A stretch of DNA of 64,000 nucleotides, from NCBI GenBank assembly GCA_030390025.1, contig CM059431.1:148554001-148618000 (forward strand), read 5' to 3'. Shown piece by piece: positions 1-10,869 of the stretch. Under the pieces are notes generated by a model. The model was not told the origin of the DNA. It saw only the letters and a program-made list of their open reading frames with translations, and searched no databases. Position 1 is the stretch's first letter; the number at the start of each line of letters is the position of its first letter. The stretch comes from Squalus acanthias (Eukaryota). The position numbers and the translations under genes were made by a program.

Positions 1-1720
1 GAGGTCCTGCCGAAGAAGCCTTGGCGAGTTGCTGAAGTGCATTCTGTAGATGGTACAAACTGCAGCCACGGTACGCCGGTGGTGGAGGGAGTGAATGTTT
101 AATGTGGTTGATGGGATGCCAATCAAGCGGGCTGCTTTGTCCTGGATGGTGTCGAGCTTCTTGACGGTTATTGGAGCTACACTCATCCAGGCAAGTGAAG
201 AGTTTACAATCACACTCCTTACTTGTGCCTTGTAGATTGTGTTTAGGCTTTGGAGAGTCAAAGGTAAGACACTCGGCGCAGAATACCAAGCCTCTGAACT
301 GCTCTTGCTCCACAGTATTTATGTGGCTAGTGCAGTTAAGTTTCTGGTTAATGGTGACACCCAAGATGTTGATAGTGGGGGATTCGGCGATGGTAATGCC
401 ATTGAATGTCAAGGGGAGGTGTTTAGACTCTCGCTTGTTGGAGATAGTCATTGCCTGGCATTCTGTGGCGCGAATGTTACCTGCCACTTATCAGCCCAAG
501 CCTGAACGTCATGCAGGTATTGTTGTATGCGGGCATGGACTGCTTCATTATCTTTTGAGTTGTGAATGGCGCAGAACACAATGCATTCACCAGCGAACAT
601 CCCCATTTCTGACCTAATGTTGGAGGCAAGGTCATTGATGGACCAGCTGAAGATGGTTGGGCCCAGGACACTGCCCTTATGAACTCCTGCAGTGATGTCC
701 TGGGGCTGTGATGATTGACCTTTAAACCACGACAATCATCTTCCTTTGTGATAGATAGGAATCCAGCCAGTGGAGCGTTTTCCCATTGACTTCAGTTTTA
801 CTGGGGCTCCTTGATGCCACACTCGGTCATATGCTGCCTTGATGTCAAGGGCAGTCACTCTCCCCTCACCTCTGGAGTTCTGCTCCTTTGTGCATGTTTG
901 GACCAAGTCTGTAATGAGGTTGGGAGCCGAGTAGTCTTGGCGGAACCCAAACTGGGCATCAGTGAGCAGGTTATTGGTGAGTAAGTGCCGCTTGATAGCA
1001 CTGTCGATGACACCTTCCATCACTTTGCTGAGGATTGAGAGTAGATTGATGGCGCGTTAATTGGCCGAGTTGGATTTGTCCTGCTTTTTGTGGACAGGAC
1101 ATACCTGGGCAGTTTTCCACATTGTCGGATAGATGTCAGTGTTGTAGCTGTACTGGAACAGCTTGGCTAGTGGCGTGGCTAGTTCTGGAGCACAAATCTT
1201 CAGCACGATAGCCGGGATGTTGTAGGGGTCCATAGCCTTTGCTGTACCCAGTGCACTTCGCCGTTTCTTGATATCACGTGGAGTGAATTGAATTGGCTGA
1301 AGATTGGCATCTGTGATGGTGGGGATCTCGTGAGTAGGCCGATATGGTCCATCCACTCGGCAGTTCTGGTTGAAGCTGGTTGCGAATGCTTGAGCCATGT
1401 CATTTGCACTCATGTGCTGGGCTCTACCATCATTGAGGATGGGGATATTCTTTGAGCCTCCTTCTCCCGTTAGTTGGATGTGGGAAGCCTGAAGAGCAGA
1501 TCCGTTCATTTTGGGATCGCTTCGCTCTCTCTATAGCTTGCTGCTTCCGCTTTTAAGCATGAATGTAGTCCTGCGTTGTAGCTTCTCCAGTTTGGCACCT
1601 CATGTTTAGGTACGCCTGGTGCTGCTCCTGACATGCTCTTCTGCACTCGTTGTTGAACCAGGGTAAATCCCCTGCTTCGTGGTAATTCTAGTGGAAACCA
1701 TATGCCGGGCTATTAGAAAT
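1..1720 (-). mobile_element. Degenerate L2/CR1-group LINE, ORF2 (RT region) relic
   Basis: Minus-strand ORF pieces 1057-1509, 736-1023 and 448-735 give KAMDPYNIPAIVLKICAPELATPL, QFGFRQDYS, ALDIKAAYDRVWH, GSVLGPTIF. Frameshifted. Same family as 22310-23615. Confidence 0.85.
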
Positions 1721-1774
1721 ATTATGGATGACCGCAATCCCCAGGCCGCACGACCTCCCGCCGGCGTGGAAATT

Positions 1775-2095
1775 CACATCACAAAGATGGCGCATCCGGC
1801 GCATGGTTCAAAGATGGCGGAAACGGCACCCGTCACAAATATGGTGACGCCGTTGACTCGCATAAAGATAACGGCGCCGACGCGTCGCACAAAGATGGTG
1901 GTTCCGTTGCCTCACACCAATGGCGGAACGCACGTTCCGGACAAAGATGGCGGCTCCGGCGCCGGGCACAAATTTAGCGGCTCTGGCGCCCCTAACAAAG
2001 ATGGCGGCGCTGGCGCTACGCACAAAGATGGCGGCGCTGTCGACCCGCACAATAATGGCGTCTCCGGCGCCCGTAACAAAGATGGCGGCACTCGT
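1775..2095 (+). repeat. 27-bp CpG-rich tandem array (~12 units) with conserved AAGATGGCG (YY1-type) core
   Basis: Core or variants start at 1784, 1811, 1838, 1865, 1892, 1917, 1944, 1971, 1998, 2025, 2052, 2079; spacers diverged. Confidence 0.85.
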
Positions 2096-2226
2096 TCCAA
2101 CATTATAACCCTTTATAAAACATTATACATAGATACATAGATACATAGAAGATAGGAGCAGGAGTAGGCCATCCGGCCCTTCGAGCCTGCTCCGCCATTT
2201 AATGAGATCATGGCTGATCCTCCAAT

Positions 2227-5099
2227 TCAGTATCCCGTCCCCGCCTTCTCTCCGTAACCCTTAACCCCTTTTGCCTGTAGAAATATATCTAATTCCCTCT
2301 TAAATATATTTAATGAGCTGGCGTACACTGCCCTCTGTGGCAATGAGTTCCACAGGTTCACCACCCTCTGAGTGAAGAAATTCCCCCTCATTTCTGTCCT
2401 AAATGGTTTAGCCCTTATCCTTAAATTATGTCCTCTAGTTCTGTTCTCACCCGCCAAGGGAAACATTCCTTCTGCATCTAGTCTGTCTAGACCTGTCAGA
2501 ATTTTATACACTTCTATGAGGTCCCCTCTCAATCTTCTAAACTCCAGTGTGTACATCCCTAAACTACATAGTCTCTCCTCATAGGTCAATCCCGCCATTC
2601 CTGGTATCAGCCTGGTGAATCGCCGCTGCACCCCCTCCATGGCAAGAACATCTTTCCTCAGATGAGGCGACCAAAACTGTACACAGTACTCGAGGTGTGG
2701 TCTCACCAGTGCCCTGTACAGCTGCAGCAAGGTATCCCTGTTCCTGTATTCCAAACCTTTTGCTATGAAGGCCAGCATACCGTTTGCCTTCTTGACCGCC
2801 TGTTGCACCTGCATGCTCGCCTTCAGTGACTGGTGTACAAGAACACCCAGGTCTCTCTGTACTTCCCCCTCTCCCAATTTATTGCCATTTAAATAATAAT
2901 TTGCCCTCCCGTTCCTGCACCCAAGGTGGATAACTTCGCACTTGTCCACATTATAGTGCATCTGCCATTTATCCGCCCAATCACCCAGTCTGTCCAAATC
3001 GCTCTGGAGCTTCCTGGTCTCCTCCTCTGAGCCCACCCCCCCCCCCCTCCTAGTTTAGTGTCGTCTGCAAATTTGGAAATGCTGCATCCGACTCCCTGAT
3101 CCAGGTCATTAATGTAAATTGTGAACAGCTGGGGACCCAGGACAGATCCCTGCGGTACCCCACTTGTTACTGCCTGCCATTCAGAAAATGAGCCGTTTAT
3201 TCCAACTCTCTGTTTTCTATCTGACAGCCAGTTCTCTATCCACGTCAATACTTTCCCCTTTATCCCATGAGCTTCAATTTTCCCTGCTAATCTTTTATGT
3301 GGGACCTTATCGAAGGCCTTTTGGAAGTCCAGGTACACCACATCTACTGGCTCTCCCCCATCTATTTTACCAGTTACTCCCTCAAAAAATTCCAATAGAT
3401 TAGTCAAGCACGATTTACCCTTTGTAAATCCATGTTGACTCTGTCCTATCCTGTCCCCATTTGCTAAGTGCTCCGCTATTTCATCCTTAATGATGGACTC
3501 CAGCATTTTGCCCACAACTGATGTAAGGCTTACAGGTCTGTAATTACCTGCTTTTTCCCTACCCCCCTTTTTGAATAGTGGGGTAACGTTAGCTACCCTC
3601 CAATCCATGGGCACTGTTCCCGAGTCTAATGAATTCTGAAAAATCATACTTAGTGCATCCGCTATCTCTAGGGCCATCTCCTTCAGCACCCTAGGATGCA
3701 TGTTATCAGGCCCTGGGGATTTGTCCGCCTTCAATCCCTTTAGCTTCCTTAACACCATATCCTTAGAGATATTGATTTGCGTCAGTTCCTCCTTTGCAAA
3801 TGTCCCTATTTTTCCCGATATCCCAGGGAGGTTTTTTGTGTCTTCCTTCGTAAAGACTGACCCAAAGTATGCATTTAGTTGGTCTGCCATTTCCTTATTT
3901 CCCGTTATATATTCCCGCGTATCTGACTGCAATGTGCCAACTTTGGTTTTCACCAGTCTTTTCCTCTTGATATACTTATAAAAGCTTTTGGAGTTAGTTT
4001 TTATATTTTCCGCCAGCTTGCTTTCATAAGCTATTTTGCCCCTCTTGATTAAGCCCTTTGTCCTCCTTTGCTCTATCTTAAACTGTTCCCAATCTTCCGC
4101 TCTGGCGCTTTTTTTGGCTACTTTATACGCCCTATCTTTGGATTTTATGCTGTCTCTAATTTCCCATGTTATCCACGGTTGGTTCACCTTTTTAGATTTC
4201 CTTTTATGCCAGATTGGTATAAACAATTTTTGCAATTTTGTCATTCTATCTTTAAATGCTTGCCATTGCTTATCTACCTCCAGTCCACCCAGGAACGTTG
4301 TCCAATCAGACCTACTCAGTTCCCGTCTAATGGCATCATAATTCCCCTTGTTTAAATTCAGGACCTTCGTATCTGAGTCAATTTCTTCGCTCTCCATTTC
4401 GAGTGAGAAATCGATCATGTTATGATCGCTCTGACCCAAGGGTCCCCGTACAACAAGATTACTAATTAGTCCCTTCTCATTGCACAGTACCCAGTCCAAT
4501 ATAGCCTGTTCCCGAGTTGGTTCCTCGACATATTGATCCAGATAACCATCCCTTAAACACTCAAGGAATTCCTCCTCCTCATTATTTTTACTGATTAGGC
4601 TATTCCAATCTATATGTAAGTTAAAGTCACCTATGATGACAGCTGTGCTCTTATTGCACGCTTCTCTAATTTCCCTCGTGATGCCCTCCCCAACCTCTAT
4701 TTTACTATTTGGAGGCCTATATACCACTCCTATTAATGTTTTTCGCCCCTCGCTATTTCTTAGCTCCACCCATATAGATTCTGTATTAACTGAGTTAATA
4801 TCCTTCCTTTCAATTGCATTTATCCCTTCTTTTACCAGCAATGCTACCCCTCCTCCCTTTCTTTTTTGTCGATCCTTCCTAAATACTGAATACCCCTGTA
4901 TGTTAAGCTCCCAGCCCTGCTCACCCTGCAACCATGTTTCCGTAATCCCAATTAGATCATAATTATTAACCTCTATTTCCACAGCTAATTCATCTACCTT
5001 GTTCCTGATGCTTCTCGCATTAAGGTATAAAACCCTCAGGCTTTTTTTATGCTCACATTTTTTATGAATTAGTTTGGCCCTTTGTTTTTTGTTCCTCAC
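2227..5099 (-). CDS. CR1 ORF2p (APE endonuclease + reverse transcriptase), one frameshift at a C12 run (3036-3047)
   Basis: YLNARS, ETW, GDFN, SDH (endonuclease); [28 protein letters not shown] (RT). C-terminal part in ORF 2227-3036. Confidence 0.92.
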
Positions 5100-5173
5100 C
5101 CTTTTACCATTTATTTCTGTCTGCCTTTCACTTTCCTCTATTTCACTGCATAGGTTTCTAGCCCCCTGCCATA

Positions 5174-6079
5174 CTAGTTTAAATGCTCCCGAACTGCTTT
5201 ATCAAAAATTACCCCGAGAACATCAATTCCATCTTTGCACAGGTGTAGACCGTCCCTTTTGTATAGGTCACACCTACCACAAAACTGGTTCCAATTCCTC
5301 AAAAATTTAAAACCCTCCCTCTTACACCAATGCTCAAGCCACGTATTTAGCCTAACTATCCTCTTCTCTGTACTCTTACTCGCACGTGGCACTGGTAGTA
5401 ATCCAGAGATTACTACCTTCGAGGTCCTACTTTTTAGCTTGGCTCCTAACTCCCTAAATTCTACTTGTAGGACCTCTTCCCTTTTTTTAGCTACGTCGTT
5501 GGTACCAACATGTATCACGACAACTGGCTGTTCCCCCTCCCCCTCCAGAATGTTCTGCACCCGCGCCGAGACATCCTTGACCCTTGCACCAGGGAGGCAA
5601 CATACCATCCTGGAGTCTCGGTCGCGACCACAGAAACCCCTATCTATTCCCCTTACAATCGAATCCCCTATTACGATAGCCCTGCCACTCTTTTTCCCTC
5701 CCTTCTTTGCAACAGGGCCAGTCATGGTGCCATGAGCCTGGCTGCTGGTGCCTTCCCCCGATGAGTCATCCCCCCCGACAACAGCACCTAAGGCGGTGAA
5801 CCTGTTGCTAAGGGAGACAACCCCAGGGGATTTTTGCACTACCTTCCTGCCCTTGCTCTGCCTTTTGGTCACCCATGTACTATCTACGCTGGCCTTAACC
5901 TGCGGTGTGACCAACTCACTAAATGTGTTATCCACAACCCTCTCAGAATCGTGGATGCTCCAAAGTGAGTCCATCCGCAGCTCAAGGGCCGTCATGCGGT
6001 CCCACATGAGCTGCAGCTGGACACACTTCCCGCACACATGGTTGTCAGGGACACAGGAAGCGTCCCTGATTTCCCACAT
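5174..6079 (-). CDS. CR1 ORF1p: N-terminal Cys motif/coiled coil plus SGNH/GDSL esterase domain
   Basis: [39 protein letters not shown] esterase blocks; open for 301 aa. Confidence 0.9.
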   Translation of the reverse strand: MWEIRDASCVPDNHVCGKCVQLQLMWDRMTALELRMDSLWSIHDSERVVDNTFSELVTPQVKASVDSTWVTKRQSKGRKVVQKSPGVVSLSNRFTALGAVVGGDDSSGEGTSSQAHGTMTGPVAKKGGKKSGRAIVIGDSIVRGIDRGFCGRDRDSRMVCCLPGARVKDVSARVQNILEGEGEQPVVVIHVGTNDVAKKREEVLQVEFRELGAKLKSRTSKVVISGLLPVPRASKSTEKRIVRLNTWLEHWCKREGFKFLRNWNQFCGRCDLYKRDGLHLCKDGIDVLGVIFDKAVREHLN

Positions 6080-6107
6080 GTTACAGGAGGATATGATAAT
6101 AGATAAA

Positions 6108-6510
6108 TGTTTTTTTATTCATTTTTCTAATGTGGGTGTCGCTAGCAATGCCAGCATTTGTTGCCCATCCGTAATTGCCCTGGAGAAGGTTGTGGTGCGA
6201 CGCCTTATACAACTGAGTGGCTTACTCGGCCATTTCAGAGGAGCAGTTAATAATCAACCACATTGCTGTGAATTTAGAGGCACATTGCGGCCAGGATGGG
6301 TAAGGACGGCAGATTTCCTTCTCTGAAGGATATTAGTGAACCAGCTGTGTTTTTACGACAATCCGGAAGTTTCATGTTCATCATTACTGACACTAAACTT
6401 TTGTTCCAGATTTGTTTAATTAATCGAATTTAAATTGCACAGCTGTTGGGACTTGAACCCAGGATCATTCATCCATGCATCTGGTTTACGAGTCTAGCAA
6501 CATAACCACT
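6108..6510 (-). mobile_element. tRNA-derived SINE with 3' tail shared with the L2/CR1-group LINE
   Basis: B-box-like GGGTTCAAGTCCC on minus (~6448-6460); body homologous to 62400-62850; tail matches LINE 3' end at ~22310-22420. Confidence 0.7.
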
Positions 6511-6519
6511 AAACTAACG

Positions 6520-6725
6520 TAAACTTCAAATATATCGCCGTTCCTTCATCGTCACTGGGACAAAAGCATGAAATTCTTCCATAACAGTTTTGTGGGAGCA
6601 CCTTCACCACATGGACTGCTTGCGGCTCAAGTTGAAGGCCCACAATTTTCTCCTGGGTAACTAGGGATGGGCAAGTAATGCCGGCCTTGACAGCGCCGTC
6701 CATATCCTGAGAACAAATAAATATA
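6520..6725 (+). mobile_element. 3' end fragment of the L2/CR1-group LINE
   Basis: Reverse complement homologous to ~22320-22520 (CGCCGTTCCTTCATCGTC...GGGATGGGCAA). Confidence 0.7.
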
Positions 6726-6959
6726 AATAATAAAATGGGAATAAATTCACTGATTATGAAATTCACTGATTGAAACCAGGCGAGGCCTGTGATCAGAGCG
6801 GAGCTTCATGTTCCGCCAAAAAAAATGCCAACACAACTTGGCTCACCAATTCTATGGTTTTATGATTGATACTTCTTACACTTTATCAATTTCCCTATAC
6901 TTGCAAAAGCTGCTTGATAAAGCAGCACATATTTCCAAAATTTAAGCCCATGGGATAAA

Positions 6960-7675
6960 AGTGGCAGTGGCAACAGTGAGTGGTGCGACTTATGTCAGTA
7001 TTACAGTGTGGGGTGAAACCTTCCAGAGTGTGGCATGTATCAGAGGGCTACAGTGAGGGATGTGAGGAATATCAGTATTACAGTGAGTAGTGTGGGGATA
7101 ATAGTCCAGAGTGTGGCATGTATCAGAGTGTTACAGTGAGGGGTGTGGGCTATATTATAATGATACAGTGAGGGTGGGTTATATTAGAGTATTACATTGA
7201 GGTGTGTGAAGTATATCGGTGTATGTTACAGTGTGGGGTGTGGGCTATATTATAATGATACAGTGAGGGTGTGGGTTATATTAGAGTATTACATTGAGGT
7301 GTGTGAAGTATATCGGTGTATGTTACAGTGTGGGGTGTGGGCTATATAAGAGTGTTACAGTGATTGGTATGGAGTATAGCAGAGTGTGTTACAGTAATGG
7401 AGGTGGAGTATATCAGAGTGTTACAGTGAGTGATGTGGGGTAAATCAGAGTGTTACAGTGAGGGGTGTGGTCTGTTTCAGTGTGTTACAGTGAGGGGTGT
7501 TGTGTTTCTCGGAGTGTTACAGTGAGGGGTGTGGTGTATATCAGAGTATTACAATAAGTGATGCCGGGTAAATCAGAGTGTTACAGTGTGGGGCGTAGGG
7601 TATATCAAAGTCTTAAATTCAGGGGTTTGCGGTATATCAGAGATTTATAGTGTAGGGTGTTGCGTATATCAGAGT
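6960..7675 (+). repeat. 32-bp minisatellite (TGTTACAGTGAGGGGTGTGGGGTATATCAGAG-like)
   Basis: TTACA(G) recurs at 7389, 7421, 7453, 7485, 7517, 7549, 7581; reverse complement array at 58100-59030. Confidence 0.9.
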
Positions 7676-7685
7676 GGCCTCCATG

Positions 7686-8855
7686 GTGACCTCCATGATG
7701 AAGCAGAAGACCTCAAAATGGTTAGTTTTGGAATCAGTGCTAAACCGATGTATGTCGTCTCAAAATCTTTATTTCGGCGGTAGTAGAAAAAGATCCCTAA
7801 AGCTGATTCCTTGGGAATATTGGGAGTCCCGTATGCGGGAGACCAGGAAGACTCCCTGAACCAGGTGGAATGGGACACACCCAGGGCCCGAAATAATTGC
7901 AGTAAGACACTTCTGTACCACATTCATCACAAATGTCACATAGGAATCCAGTAAGGTCCTGATTCTGGTTAAACTCATTGTTTGCAAACAATCTTTCTAA
8001 ATGCCTCTTCATTATCTCGTTGTGTTCCTCCATACTTTCTATATCTATTCTGCTTAGTCCCGCTAACCTTGCCATGGCTCCTATTCATCGCCATTCTGCC
8101 ATCCCTGGCTTCCTTCTCGATTTAAACTGATTCTCCTTCTGCTCCTCATCTTCCTCAGCCCTTGGTTCCTATTTTATGTTCTTTACTAGCACATTATTTA
8201 CTCATTCTCCTTCCATTTTGCCTATTAATTGTGAATAACTCCCATCACATAATCTGGTTGACAGATTCAAGTTCAAGTTTACCGCAACCTGTATAATTTC
8301 AACACACACATACATTTCCTGATTCAATTATTTCTAGTCCATCAGCGTTTGGGTTATTTTGCTAGATCGGACAGGTAGAGATCAGTTTGTGAGGTGGGAT
8401 GTCTTTCTTTTGGTGTCACAAAGGTTTTAGTGTTACGTTGATCACCATCAGCGTTTGTACTTGGCAAAGCAATAGTTAATATTACTTATCAACATAAGAC
8501 ATTTGTTACTTTAAAATAACTTGCTGAAGTTTTCTTGTAAGTTTGTATTGAAGTCTTTTACAATGTTCTCGAATTCATTTTTGTCCCAGTCTGATATTAA
8601 GTCTTTAACTGAACCCTATGAATTCAGTGACCAATTTAGTGTTTGGGGTCAGGGTGTATCCCATCTCACCTGGTTCAGCGGGATCTTCCTGGTCTCCTGC
8701 ATACGGGACTTCCAATCTTCCCAAGGAGCCTGCTTTAGGGTTCTTTCTCTATTATCACCGACATTAGGCGATTGAGATGCTGCACCTCGGTTTATCACTG
8801 ATTACAAATTAAACCCTTTTGATGTCTTCTGCTTTCTCATGCAGGTTGCCTCTCA
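7686..8855. repeat. Diverged ~215-bp inverted repeat (arms ~7686-7900 and ~8640-8855)
   Basis: GGAGTCCCGTATGCGGGAGACCAGGAAGACTCCCTGAACCAGGTG (+) versus the reverse complement of CACCTGGTTCAGCGGGATCTTCCTGGTCTCCTGCATACGGGACTTCC. Confidence 0.85.
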
Positions 8856-9415
8856 CTTGGATCCATGTTTTGTTATGGAACCTGTAAGTTATGGCCTCCT
8901 GGTCTCACACCATCAGCTTGTAGCTGATTTGGATACAACCATGTCCACCTTGTCCAGACAGAGACAGGTCTCGGCCTCCGTTAATATATGTTGTTTTTAC
9001 CCTCCCTACAATCTTTCTTTGTTCAATACTTAGTAGAGGCCTTGAAGCTGACGACAAAGTTAGCGGTAAGGAAATCCTAATTTGATGAGCATTATCTTGA
9101 CTTTTAATTGTAATGCCTCTGACAGGGTTTTTAACACTATCCTGAATATTTAAAATCGGTTTCTCTATGGAGAATGTGTCGTGGCCTTTATGATTTAAAA
9201 AGTGTCTCACTCTCCTGAGCCACATCAGCCATTTCATGTTGTGCTGCTGTCGATAACGAAGCATGTTTGAGACTCGTTCGTTCACGCACAAAACCGTATC
9301 CCAATATCATGCCACACGTGACATCGGATCCAAGCCATTCTCGGGTTTTCAGGTGATCTTATCAAAAGATCGTGAGGTGTCTGGAGATCTTTGCTTATCT
9401 CCTTCTGCGTGGTTC

Positions 9416-10586
9416 TGTAAGGGGTATCTTGATGGGGTCAGCCTTGGCTTTCTGACAAAGTGAGCGGTTCCAATAGCTCCAACACCCCTCCTTTTACTAG
9501 ACTTTGGGCTTATTTAGGGGTTGTGAACAAAATTGCAGTAAACAGGTTCTGATGAAAGAATTTGAATTTATTAAAGGAAAAAGGTAACGAACTTGAAACA
9601 CACTTATTACTTAAACGCAGATTCGGGTAACACACGGTACAAGCGAGGGAAATGACAATATATCAAACACAACCTTATCCCTCCCAAACTTCCCACTATC
9701 TGGCAAGGTTTTTGGTTTCAGGAGGTCAGGGATAATGTTCACCAACGAATCCTTGACAGGATATTAGAGTCTTTTGTTTATGTGCGAGGTGTCTGATGGT
9801 CACTGAGACAGTCGCTCTGGTTTATTCTTGCGTGCTGGTTTTATGGCCTTCTTCCTCGTGGCTTGTGGTAAGTTTTGCTGGAGCAGGGACAGAGCCGTAT
9901 CCGCGTCGTCAGTCAGTCCGAAAAAGAGAGAAATTATGGCACAGGCTCTCAAATTATACTGTTTCTTTTTCGCGCCCAAAAACCCGTTACTAAAACGAAT
10001 TCCTTTTTGATTGTAAATGAACCTTGCTTAGTCCAATTGTTTAGTTTTTGTCGTTCTTGCCAGTTCCGATGGTTTTTGCTTAGTGTTAATCGTTTTCCGA
10101 TTTAAAAACACAGCCTTATCTACACGTCAACTCTCCACCCTATTGTCCTTCTGTTGGCGGGCTGTTAAATCTGTTCTGTGGAAACCTGGTTGATTGTTTT
10201 TTTGATGGGATAATGGCTATGAAACTGTGTGATCGAAGTTATATTGTCATTGAATCGTTTTTAGATTTCCAGCATCTTGTTTCCCCTGGGGATCCATATT
10301 TGAATGTGTTTGTGAGTTTTGCTTTGTCTCAAACAATTCCCAGACAGCTTGATCTGTTCACTGACCGGCCACGCCCCTCGCAGCTTGTGCCTGTGAAAAA
10401 GATGTCTCTCTCAACAATAAGATTTAAAAAAAAATCAGTTTCCTCAGTTTTTTCTTCCATGATCTATAGGTTTTTACATCAAATCACTTTACTTAGGCCC
10501 CATCGTCCCAAGTTTGTATGAAAAGTCCAAAAATCACTCCCTTTAGGGATCTGTTCGAGTTTCTGGGGAATTTTGCGAAGCCTACA
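9416..10586 (-). repeat. 3' LTR (1171 bp)
   Basis: TGTAAGGGG...GCCTACA on +; direct repeat of 17192-18387; AATAAA on minus at 9567-9572. Confidence 0.95.
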
Positions 10587-10598
10587 TCCCCCACTTTC
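10587..10598 (-). promoter_or_regulatory. Polypurine tract
   Basis: Minus strand GAAAGTGGGGGA directly abuts the TGTA of the 3' LTR. Confidence 0.85.
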
Positions 10599-10869
10599 AT
10601 ACTAACACTGAATTAGTATCATTAACAGGGGAGCAAAATTACCGATCCCCGAAAAGCAACCTTCCCCTGTATTACATAAACTAAAAACCCAAACATTAAT
10701 TCCCCTTTTGAAAGTGGGGTTTCAGGTACATACAGGTAATAATCAATCTTTATTTCACATCCAAGCACGGAGAGGGTCCGACACCCCTGCACAGCTTGGA
10801 AAAAACACATCATACACATCATAAAAATGAAACAACACACGTACAATTTGTTTTATTAAAAGACAAAAT

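Larger units (their letters stand above)
2126..6090 (-). mobile_element. Young CR1 LINE, near full coding length (5' UTR missing)
   Basis: ORF1 plus ORF2, 3' UTR, and a short tandem tail (ATACATAG repeats on +, ~2126-2150). Confidence 0.95.

Noticed and set aside
1775..2095. CRISPR-like look (conserved motif with variable spacers) and ORF 1679-2140
   Set aside because: Motif is only ~10 bp, spacers are related to each other, no cas genes, eukaryotic context. The ORF follows from the 27-bp period.
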